NCBI RefSeq assembly: GCF_001949145.1
Contig: NW_019091361.1
Span: 2,465,825 to 2,529,824 of the forward strand
From: Acanthaster planci
Lineage: Eukaryota
Direction of reading: 5' to 3'
Length of the DNA: 64,000 bases
A program made the translations under genes and the position numbers. Of this stretch, positions 52,682-64,000 are shown one piece after another; within the stretch, counting starts at the first letter, position 1; every line of letters begins with the position of its first letter. The notes beneath the pieces were generated by a model that was not told the origin of the DNA, did not search any database, and saw only the letters and a list, made by a program, of their open reading frames with translations.

Positions 52682-52830
52682 AGGGCTCGTTTGATTCGTG
52701 CAGATCCGGATTGCGATCAGTGATCCATCATTGGTTCATTGACATCAGAACCTATAGATGTAATGGATGGAGCGAACCAGCGTTTGGATCACTGATCAAG
52801 ATCTGGATCCATATGAAGTAAACAGGGCCT
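52682..52830. mobile_element. PIF/Harbinger (Tourist-like) MITE, about 150 bp
   Basis: Imperfect TIRs of about 45 bp: gggctcgtttgattc..gatccggattgcgatcagtgatcca / ggccctgtttacttc..gatccagatcttgatcagtgatcca. Flanks are TTA-like. Confidence 0.65.
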
Positions 52831-53392
52831 TTATATTCTCCTCATGACAAAATAAACACTATATGTCAAGTTACCAATGTCACCAGAAAGGGCAAAACCT
52901 TGAAAGCATATAGCTTGAGTCAGGCATGCCATTAACAGAGCTGTAAGTTTATTCACCACTGTTGGGAGAGGCATCATACTTTACAGGTACATGTAGGACA
53001 TTGTGCTCTGTTGGTTCTGCAGGATGAATGATTCATGAGTGAGTTAAATTGGCCACTTGATTGGTCTAGACAGGACATCCTTATTATAGTGAATGTGCTT
53101 AGGTGATAACTGTAGGAGAAAATAAGAGAAAATGAATTAATGAAATTGTGGTGTGCTGCAGGGCAAACTCTTAATTGCTGCGTGGGATGTCTGGTATTAA
53201 CAGTAATTGTTTGACACCCTTCCCTCAAACTGGGTCACTTTTCAATCATCCTGTGTAATGATGTATGAATGTACAGGATGTCCAGTCCAAATTACAGTAT
53301 GTTGTCAGTTTCAATTTATCAACCAGATGTATGAAAACATGTGCTGTACTTGGTGTACAGTGTACATGTACATGCACTGTACATGTACACAT

Positions 53393-53450
53393 GTACATTC
53401 CTATATCCCATCTACATTCCTATATCCTAAATCCCATCTACATTCCTATA
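53393..53450. repeat. Short tandem repeat (tacattcctatatcccatc, about 3 copies)
   Basis: Direct reading of the sequence. Confidence 0.75.
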
Positions 53451-55863
53451 GTTGTACAGTGTACCGGTACTTTGTGCTGGATGACAAAACATCGTTGTAC
53501 GCTAGTACTGCATTGGTACTGTGTACATACTGTGGACGTGTATTGCTTGGAAATTTTCAGTGTGCGCGCAGCTAACACAAGCTCTCACTTTTACTCGCAG
53601 GGAATGTGCTGGAAAACTTGAACGAGTATTCTGGAATTTTGTTAACCTTATTATTAATGTCATTTTCTCTATACCTCGGTAACTACCGGTACCAGTGCTG
53701 TGATCATTGCAACTCTGACTCCTTACACAGTGAGGCACTCGGTGTTGTGAAAATCTGTGCGATGATGTGATCAGATGCATGAAACTCCCAAACTCACAGT
53801 TGAATCTCAAGAGCATGGCTAGAATGCACGGTTTCCACCTTAGTATAGAACCTTCTAATTAACTGATGTACAAGTGGTTACCATACATGTATGTGAAACA
53901 GTTTATTGATGCAGTGGTTCTGGTAATAGTGGGTAGCAGGTAGCCTACCGGGTACATTTACGCATGTACCTGTATACATGTACAGGCTTGTATTACATGT
54001 AGTTTACATGTACATGTACCGTACATGTAATGTACATTTGATACATTGAAGTGCTCTGCAGTGTAACTTCAGCATACATGTACATGTACATTTTTAAACT
54101 TAACCATCTTCAGCAAATGGTGGAATCTGATATGGCCCCTGGTGAAGGCCAAATGAAAAGGAAGTGATTGGTGAAAGAGGTGCCAAAAGGAAAGGAGAAA
54201 ACAAATACAGGAAGTGGTCCATTGGGCTCTGGGGAATAATATCTGTGTTCTGGCCTTGGTATCCTACAGTTGTTATTCCACCATTAGTGACATTACTTGA
54301 AATGTTAGTTTTGTTGTTTTGTGGGCCCAGGGAGGAAATATTGTTTGATGTGAACATTTGGCACTAATTTACACAACTGCACACCTACCGGTATTAAACC
54401 CCTAAAAAAATTACCTGTAGTGAGTAAATGTACAAATGCATACATGCATGTACATGTACCTACATTTACCATACCGGTGTGTACAATATAGCCTACATTC
54501 ATACATGTACATGTACTCAACAATTATCCGGTTGGTGAATGCATATGTTTGAAGTTAGACCCTTCTCACTTTGATACAAAGGCAGACCAAGTTATTTCAC
54601 AGAAAATGCATGTATGTATGAGCAAATGAGTTTTGAGTAGTTGATCCCATAGGTGCAGGTGTCAATGTACCTGTACATGTAGGGTACATGCCCAGATATT
54701 TACACTTAGTGATTAGGTCCCATTGTACAAGCAAGGAAACGGCGTTCCTGGGTCAACCATCAGTTGATGCAATGCTGCCCTCATGCACCGTATCAGGGGG
54801 AGTGGTGACTGGCCCAGCTTGTTAGCATTTAGGGGCCTACGTAGTGATTGTGGTGTGTATATCTATCTGTGTGTGTGGCTGGGGCAATCTTGTGATGACA
54901 CGCTGCGTTGAGTCGCTGGCTGAGTGAATGATGATCGGCCACTGAGCTGCTTGTTTGTGCAGGTGATTTGATTTCACCCTGTGAAGACTCCATCCTGTTT
55001 GCATCCATTGTCTCCTCTCTTAAAGGGATCCTTAATGTAACCTGTCCTGTCACGCCAGCCTTGGGTAAGATGTTCAAAACACAGTAGGAATCATACTTAG
55101 TCTCTGACATAGAGTAAAGCGGTCATGTTGTATAACGTGAGTGAGTGAGTGTGTGTGTGTGTGAGGACTGCTGGAAGTTGACGGTGCTCAACATGGAAAG
55201 TCATGTGTGTTCATGCATGCGTCATCCATATTAGATATTATTGCAGGCATAACCATGTATTAGGGGGTGGTTTCATGTTTCGCAGCGACTGTTCGGGTTG
55301 ACTATGGAGCACAGTGCCTAAGGGATCCTGCTGTGCCATGTCAGCCTATCAAGTTATTTGTCAGATATAAGTGTGCTTTGCTGTAGTGATGCACTTTGGA
55401 GAAGGTCACTGAAACTGAACAAACTGTGATTACAATAAAAAGATTTCTGGACAAGTTGATGTACATACTGTACATGTACATTTAGTAAGAAACCTGTTGG
55501 TACAAATGCATCATGTACAAATACATAAATGATTGATGTACATGTACTGGTACATGTGTGTACATTCTCTTGACCTGTGGCCTTTATCTCATCGCGTAGA
55601 GCTAGATCTGTGCTCATAGTCATGTGCTTAGTTCACCTTCTCAATTCAGGGAAAAGGCTATGTGGGTCAAACTGTGGGTGGCAATTAGTAGACCAGTCAT
55701 ATTCTTGAAATTTCCCAGTGGGGGAGGGGGGATTGTGGACTTGTGCTACATGTACATGTAGGTGTACGTGTAGTTTGCATCATCTGCCTTGCGATGTTGT
55801 TATTCCCTTGGGTGTTTGGGGGTCTGATTTGTTTTTATTGCTCTGAATTGCACTTAGTCTGTA

Positions 55864-56235
55864 AATAAGCATTTTGAGAGTTAAATTTGAATTACATCTG
55901 GTACACTGAGTTCTTTAAATTCGTGTAAGCTTAACATTTTGAATTTTCCATACTAAAAGCACTGTTGTTGTACATGTACTTCTAGATTTGGGGCAAGCTT
56001 TTGCTTAGTTACATAAGAGACACCTTACAACAATACACTGTTCTCAATAGATTAGAAGGGCACAAAGGAACCAGTCCATTCCGGAGATGGTGGTCGCTAT
56101 GCAAAAGCTTGCCCCGAATCACGAGGTATAGCAACAGTGTCTTTAGTCTGGGGAATTCAAATTGTTACGTTTATGTGCAATCAGACAAATCAGTGTACCA
56201 GATTGTATTCAAGTTTAACTCGCAAAAGGCTTGTT
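55864..56235. mobile_element. Foldback MITE, copy 2 (inverted relative to copy 1)
   Basis: The spacer ttttgcttagttacataagaga...gaagggcacaaaggaaccagtc is the reverse complement of 17232-17310, and both arms are present. Confidence 0.85.
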
Positions 56236-59200
56236 GAAACTACACGTACATGTAGTACATGTACATCAAAGTAGGCATGCAGGGCAAAACCTGTTTACGT
56301 GTATGAACTTGTAGTCTTGCACATGTACATGTACATTGACGGGTGATTGGCACACGTTTACATGTAAATCCGCGAGTTCCAAATTACCAGTATGTTGATT
56401 TAAGAGTCTGGCTCATGTGTCCTCACTGTGCATGGCATTGCATACCATTAAATAGCCACAAATTCAGGCAACACAGAGGCCCAAAAACCAGTGCTTCACC
56501 AGGTCATCCATGTACATGTACACGTACGGTACATCAATTTCCATTTATGTACTTCTGGCATACTATGCATTTACATGACTGTAGCGGCAAAAAATGTTTC
56601 ACTTTCAAAGACAGACTTTTGTGGTTTTGAGAGGTTGTTCCGCATGGTGCACATTGTACCACTATATATGATTCATTAATGTGGCCTCTAAGCATGCGTG
56701 ATGACGAGGGCTTCCTGTTAAGAAGTTGTACAGTAGATACCGATAGTTGCTGAAATGTACGTGGTACACCAGTCCATAAGTGGTTACAGCACAGTGCACA
56801 TTTACAAACATGTACGTATAGGTTTACATACATGCACATGTAGGTAGTACTCCATTTCAAGAGAATTCGTAAAACATTGTACATGTGTGGCTAACCTGCA
56901 TGTCCCTGTACTGTTACATGTATGTGTTTGTATTCATGAACATGGAGCTGTAACACGTCAGCTGGAACTGGCGTAGGTTTTTATCATTCAGCACATAGGC
57001 CTACCGGTACTGTACATGTACATGTATACAATTTGTATTACGGTATGTACATGTATCACATCTACCGCTATTGTACAGCTGTGTACACACATGGTTTCCA
57101 ATGTTCTTGCTGAAGAAAAAAGATGTAGCGGTGGAAGACACCTCTTTACACAGTATGGTGCAAATTATGTTCTTGTAACTTCATGCATGCATGGACCTTG
57201 TATCTGGTATTAATCATGATGCATGTTCGGTATCGGTGACGTGTGTACGTGTACATGTACCTGTGCATTGTGCAAAATCCCACCTACCGGTACATGTACG
57301 TATCAAGTGATCAATGTGTGTACTACATGTACCATCCATGTACTACAGGTAAGTACATATAGGCCAAGGCATCCAGTGATCTCAGAAGATCGAGTTGAAT
57401 TTGATTCATGGTATCACCTACAGTACAACCGAAGTCACCTCATTTGCTCTTCGGAATTCAGACAAAAAACAAAGAGCCCTCCCCAACACCACCAAAAATA
57501 GAGTAGGATCCAGTGAAGAGTGGGACCAGAAAATGCAATCAATAGTGTGCACTCTTGGTTGATTGAATCCCAGGCTTAATTTGCCGCATTCATGCCGTGG
57601 GGGAATCAGTGGTTCATGAGACACTCTCCCAGCATGGGACAAAAACACAGCCTCGCCAGAGTAACGCTTCAGAATCAATTCATTTGGTAACATCACACCA
57701 GCGGGATGACAACCATTGTCCATTCATGAGTGAATACTGTAAGTTCAATGTGACTGTCCATTGGTCAAAAACAATAACCATAAATATTCTGTCACAACTC
57801 TAGATATGCCGTGTACAGTACGCATCAAGTGAGTTTAAACTACGAGTATGTACCAGAAATTTTGACCTGAGGTACATGTACATGTACCAGCACATGTACA
57901 TGTAGATTATTGTTTTGACAAAATGAAATACATGTAATTTAAATTTATGTTCTCAAAGACGCAACCATTCATTAAGGACAGATGTCGGCCTACATGGACC
58001 AGTGCATGTTTCATCTACATGTACATGTACTTGAGACATCTGGAAAAAAGGTACAGTACATGTATATGTGATTCATACCACTGGCAGTTTACATGTGTGC
58101 ACACATGTACATGTATGCACAGGTGTACATGTACAGCATCGTTTCTCAGTTTGAGTTTGGAAAATGCAGCAAAATATGTTATTCATGTTTACATGCAAAT
58201 TTACTATCTATTTTGATGTCGTCATCATTCTGTTAACTACACATTTAGTTTAGCCGACCGAACCTGTCAGAACTTGTGGTATTGATAATTACATGTTGTT
58301 GAGTTATAAGTAGCATTTGTAAACATTTGTACGTGTGGGTAGGCCTTTACTGTGTTGAGACAATATGTGTTGTTAGGAAAGTTGGGACAGAGTTGAGAGG
58401 ACAAAATTTTGTCTCTGTAATATTTTTTGTCGCCACAACATCTATGTGTATGCACAAGATCTGTATTTCAGTATGTGCTGTCACCACAACTGTGGAGCAA
58501 GTATTTGTGTACCAAGAATGTCTGTTCAGTTCCACAAGTAAATAAACTCACAAACTGTTCTAAGAGCAACTCATCAAAGTGCAAGTGCACGAGACATTAA
58601 AAAAAAATGGCTTCAAAAATGAAGATCATGCACTTTTTTGGAGGATTATTCTGGCAACTGGCAACACCCAATCCAGTAAAATGCACAGTATTCTCTGTCG
58701 GAGGCCATTGAAGGCAAAGGGAAGTTTCGCATGTCAGCATTGTGAAGCAGGCTTGTGTTTTTTTTTTTGTGGCCATTCTGGCCGGACCGAGCCAGGCTGC
58801 TTACTCTGCAGCTTGTGTCTTTGTTGGCATGAGGCTAAGGTTTCAGGTAGGGTTGCCGGCATTGCTCCAACCCGATACACAAGCTATTCTCCGTATCATA
58901 TCATTATGGATCTCTGTCTCGGGAGGCACAACAAAAGCACCAGCAATTTGATCTTGTGGGCATTGTCGCCAGTTAGAAACAGTTTTGGATTTGAGGAGGA
59001 GGGAGCTGGGGCCACAACACTTTAAAAAAGAAAAGAAAAAAAGAAGAACTTGGGATTGAATTGACAATGAGTGGGAACAGAGCTTGGTGCAGTAACATTA
59101 GGAGGGAAAGAAGTGACGTCAACACAGGACCTGTCCAGTATGCGATTACTATCTGCTCTGTTGGTACGTGTATTCACAGGTAGAGGCAAACACTATTTTT

Positions 59201-61280
59201 ATCGCAGACTTCATTGAAATTCATTGACTGTTATTGATTGCAGCTTAGCTGATGCTTGTTCTTTCTCTTTCTGACAGGAACACGTAGATTCTAATTAGAC
59301 AGAGCAGACATAGTGATATATATCTGCACTGGCATTAATGTGTTAATTAATGGATGCTGCAGAGGGTGTTAAATATCTTGCAGTGGTTTTTTTTCTGTTT
59401 TGAGGAACATCTTAGAATCTGAGGTGTAGACTTTTAAAAACATGTGCATACACATGAATTTTTTCTTCCATAAAATCTATTTGTTCATAAAAATATTGTG
59501 CTTCATCTGTCTCGGTAACATGCTCGTTTGTTATTGTTGGTTCATGTTACTATTGGGGAAAAGTTTACATGTAGATGGAGTTTCTACTTCTAAATCCGAT
59601 CACACACAGTGCCACTTCATCACTACATCAGGTACATGTACTGTACCTGTCCCCAAAGGTGGACGTGATTACATCACTGCCAACAGCAAGACTGTACAAG
59701 ACAGGTGTATGCATGTACATGTACAGTATATCCTCCAAACCAAAATATTGACCTGCATCAAGTGATCCGTGAGTAAATAGGTAAGCCTAATAAATGGGTG
59801 ATTTATAGATACACACCACAGTCAGCTGGCAGATAGAGGGCCCTGTCATGTTTTGTCTGGGGTCCTAACCACAAGAATGCAGGGAAACCCGCATACATGT
59901 GTTGATGGCAGTACATGCTGTGATCACTGTTAGAGAAAAGTTTGAGTGCTTGACTATTGTTGACAGAGTTCTTGTCAGTACAAGTTGGTGTTCGCATCTC
60001 TCAACCAGAGCCTGGGGTACTCTACTTTTTGGGTCAGTGAACAACTGAGGATATCAGTTTAGTTGGAAAGATGTACAGAAAATTATGTTCTCGTACAATG
60101 TATCCAGAGACTGCTCAGAACCACAGTACAAAGCTGTTATAAAACCAATTTCATGTTTGATTTGATTTGTTACACGACAGTAACATTCCGCTTTGAACAA
60201 AATGCTGTAAAAGTTATTCTGTGCATCCACCTGTGGATTACTGGCAACCTGCAGAAAGTCTCTTGGTCGCTTAAAACCTGCAGGGCCATGTTTTCTCAGA
60301 ATCTGACAAGGATGCTCTCCAATAAAATCTACCGTCTAATATCTGATACCGGATATACAGTACATGTAGCTTCTAGGAAGTGCAACCTTTTTTGAAAACG
60401 TCTTTTAGTACGTTGTTAAGTCCTCTTTTTTGATTTCTGAAGTGCATGTATGTTGAGTACTGTTTGGATGTATGTGTGTGGGGAAAGAGCAGAGGTCATA
60501 CAGTTATGCCCCTGTGTGTTTGTACATGTATGCCTTGACCCATTCACGTGACTGAAACATAAATATTACAGTGGCCTTCCCCATGGGACTTTCTTGGGAC
60601 ATAAAACTGACAGAGCAATTCTTCCGTGACCTACAGTAGTTAGCCTTGTAAAACTTCTGATTTGGAAGGGACATGTACTGGTACATCCAATTTTGGACGC
60701 AGATTTAACAATTATGACAGTGACTGGCTGTCCACATTGGATTTACGTGTAATTTTGTCAACTTGATGAGTCTCACTAAGTTATAAATACAGAAAGTCCC
60801 ATGTACTGTAGACATAGCTCATTTACATGCATCTCAAATTCTATGTACATGTGTAACTTCATGATGTACATGTACGTACTGTACATGTAACTTAAAATTG
60901 TAGAATTTAATAGAGCTCTATGGAGGTAGTGCACATGTATGTACATATACATGTACGTGCTTTTGTTTATTTGGCCTTGGACGTGTTTTCGTTAACTTTG
61001 TTGAACACGAATGGTGTGACCATTGGGGAGGGTTTAAAAATAATACACATGTATGTTAGTCTACTGGTAATGGTACATGTACACCGTACAATGAATAATA
61101 ATAGTTTGTTTAATCCTTTATAAAGGGTATATTTCATATACATGAAGATATGTTCAAATGCACTGTACAATGAAGACATTAAGTGCAGAACAATGAATAC
61201 ATTTAAACGTGGTTGAACCGATGGCGTACGAAGGCGCCTCAGGCAGCCGCCAAACAACCCACATTCACCTACATCAGTAA

Positions 61281-61470
61281 AGAGGAGACAATAAGAAGCA
61301 GTTACAGTTTTAGAGGTGGGAGGAAAACCCCAGAGGAACGGTCTGGGTAAAACCCACAGAATCAGGTAGGGACTGAAAACCCAATCCACATGTGGACCGG
61401 GCCTGGATTCGAACCCGGGACCACAGAGGTGGAAGGCGAGGAAAGAACTACCTTGACGACCCGACTCCCC
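61281..61470 (-). mobile_element. tRNA-derived SINE (V-domain-like), copy 2
   Basis: Intact Pol III B box GGTTCGAATCC (minus, 61405-61415), followed by tgtggattgggttttcagtccctacctg...ggggttttcctcccac. A second copy lies at 8977-9166. Confidence 0.85.
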
Positions 61471-64000
61471 TCAAATATACCATGCAGTTTGGGCACTTGA
61501 GGCATGATGAGACACCAAGGCAGAGCTGTTCAGCTGCACTGTAGTCCATGATGTGTTGCATGTCAGGCATCATGCTCTCATCCCAAGCCATGCCTGATTT
61601 TATTTTTAAAAAATGACTGACTGATGTTGAGACTACAGGTACATGTTCATTGTACTCTACATGTCAAAACTCTGGACTGCATGGCAGTACTGGACCACAT
61701 GTACATGTACACATTGCCTATCTCTGAGCAAAATCTGACTCCATGTGCTGTGTCATGATATTTATTCTGGCCACATTCACTGTGTTCACTGCGAACACTG
61801 CCATTTGAACTCCTGCACGTAATGTATGGAAAAGTTCATCCCTGCTTCAGATGCATTCACAAAATGTCATGTCCTTGGTCGGGGCTGGCAAGGAGACCCA
61901 TGCTCTGGAAGAGTTGTACATGTATATGTAAATGACAAAACCAGGCCCTTGAGCTGATGTGGGGGCATATTGATAGAGTAACACTGTTGCATGGGGTGAA
62001 GTCTCCCAAATGATAAACTCATCAGGCCTGCCCTGCTGAGGTCAAGCATGTTGTATGCTGTAATGTCAGTATCTCCCCTGCTGTGTCTGTTTCCTGGCTC
62101 AGTGGAGATATACCAGTACATACATGGGTAAGGGGATTATGTACATGTACAGTCACCTACATGCTGGTATCTGTGCGCCTGTTAATCTGGTGTCTTGCAA
62201 TTGGTTTGACCTCATTCCTCCATGGTTTGACCTTACCAGGTTAATTGTGTTGACCAAACCTTAACCACACTGCCTTCTGGGATATGCAACAGTCAACATT
62301 GCTTAATTTCACAGAGATTTTCATACATGCATTTCAAAGGAATTGATGTCCTTTTCTTAAAGTTAAGGTACTGGTACATGTACAGTTGTACCGTGGTACA
62401 TGTACACTATATACTCATATGTTGTACATGTAAATTGTACGTTTACATGTATAAATGTAGGGCCTACTTGTTTACACGGGTTGTACTTTAGTTCACCAAC
62501 TTTCGATTTGGTTTGCCATTGTGGGATTTGACTAAATAAAATTTGAGAAAGTGAGTGCTTTGTATCCTGTAATTTTCCCGCACTTGCTGTTGGGCACTTG
62601 GTACATAAAACTACAGAATAAAGAACTCATAAATCATCGCCTTGACATGTTTGTCTCTGCAGCCATTGGAAGGGAAAAAAACCCTACTAGGGTCCGAGTT
62701 CATTAGCGGTAATAGCATCCATCAGCACTGAAGGCCAATAGTAAGCAAACTGTCCAAATGACCCCCGCTGCCAGATTCAAGGAGACATTCCATCAGTACT
62801 TGATCCTAATCCTGTTGTCGTCGAGGGTTTCATCCGGCCACGACTCAGGTTTGCACAGTTACTGGTAAATGTCCTTGTGTAAAGGACCGATTTTTAGAAA
62901 AACTGCACTGTGGCCCACATGTACATGTACAGTGTCACAATATGTGTGCTTCAGACTTGAAAGCTTTGTTACTGATGGACACATCAAACACGGAGGATGA
63001 TTTTTAATACGTTTTATTAACAACTTTAGAAATGTGAGACTATAACTTTACATGTAATTACAAATGCAAATAGGGGAGGTACTGTACATGTACTGTACAT
63101 GTATCATTAACTTCAGTTTAATGCAGAACGTGTTGGTAGTGGTCATTTGTACTGCATCAATTTCATACAAAATCAAGAAGAGGCGAGCCCCTGAAAGAAT
63201 TTACATGTCCACACATATGTAATTTTCTCTTTTTTTTCCATAAATACATGTATCATGCAAATCAATATTGAAACAACATGTACCCGTAATGGTATCTGAA
63301 GTTAAATGAAGACGGGCATCCGGTTCATAAGTGACTTCGTCACAAAGGCGGACGCACCGCAATTCGCAGGCTCCCATTGGACGATTGCCGAAGTTGTGCC
63401 TTAACTTCCGGTTCCATGGTTCCACATAAACGGCGATCAATGCGTGTATCGGTAACCCTATGTGCAGTGCACGTGTGCAGCGGGCGTGGTTTAAACTGAA
63501 GTGACGTCACACTTACGAACCCTATTGGTTAATCACTTGCTGGGAATGGGATAGTGTCATTTCATTGGTTGAGAATTGGCCATGTGGCCAGTCTGATGTA
63601 CATGTACGTACATACCGGTACATGTACTTGTTACACGTTTCGGCCTCATAATTCAGTGCACAATATGCTTGTTTAGAGACTGTAGCATATCACAGTAGCT
63701 GACAATCTTCAACTGTCAACACATCAAATAACATGCATGCAAGGTTTCCTTTGATCGCCTAATGCCCTCATATTTTTACCAGTACAGTACATGTAATTGT
63801 ACTTCCCATGCACCGGTACAGTTGAACATTGTATGTCACAAGAAGTTGCAGACCACTGCACAACATGGAGTTACCTCCTTTTTTTTCTGACTTCCCAGTT
63901 GTGTGCTCTGTGTAAAGTATCCCTGATTCCTGTTTACTCTGGGGTTTGAAAGTGGTTAACAGTTTCCCCGAAAACTTGTTAAAGCAGTTGCCTGAGGTGT

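Larger units (their letters stand above)
46290..63820. repeat. Zone densely strewn with TACATGTA / (TACATG)n and related TA-xxxx-TA words
   Basis: Many occurrences, often in tandem (e.g. 47279-47313, 50719-50737, 53975-54036, 56996-57026). They are much sparser by eye in the XPA, FOCAD and DAP3 introns. Confidence 0.85.

Noticed and set aside
46400..63500. Many short ORFs rich in YMYM / TCTC / VHVH
   Set aside because: Translations of the stop-free (TACATG)n words; no domain similarity or coherent splice structure.
63290..63527. CpG-rich segment as a possible internal promoter
   Set aside because: It ends in tgacgtcacacttacgaaccctatt, typical of non-autonomous DNA-transposon ends (a similar end lies near 27914). 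More likely a recent repeat fragment, but the other terminus was not found.

Overview
Intron-rich animal genomic DNA, probably a marine invertebrate; the repeat landscape looks echinoderm-like, but that is inference only. There are four protein-coding genes in two head-to-head pairs. Pair 1 is XPA (minus, 6 coding exons, 263 aa) and FOCAD/focadhesin (plus, 33 coding exons, 1832 aa). Pair 2 is DAP3/MRPS29 (minus, at least 11 coding exons, one GC-AG intron) and a plus-strand gene whose first coding exon matches the N-terminal motif of ASH1L and which runs out of the window in a >15 kb intron. An 818-N gap lies inside a FOCAD intron. Introns carry tRNA-derived SINEs, several MITE families, a piggyBac-type MITE and a hAT-like element with a 6-bp TSD. 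No transposase, CRISPR or true RNA gene was found. The most unusual signal is a dense set of TA-xxxx-TA words (TACATGTA, TACCGGTA, TAGGCCTA, TACTGTA). They occur in mixed chains, and alignment of repeat copies shows some are 6-bp insertions at a TA. This fits stacked excision footprints of TA-targeting DNA transposons. One MITE family also appears only in the first introns next to both divergent promoters.
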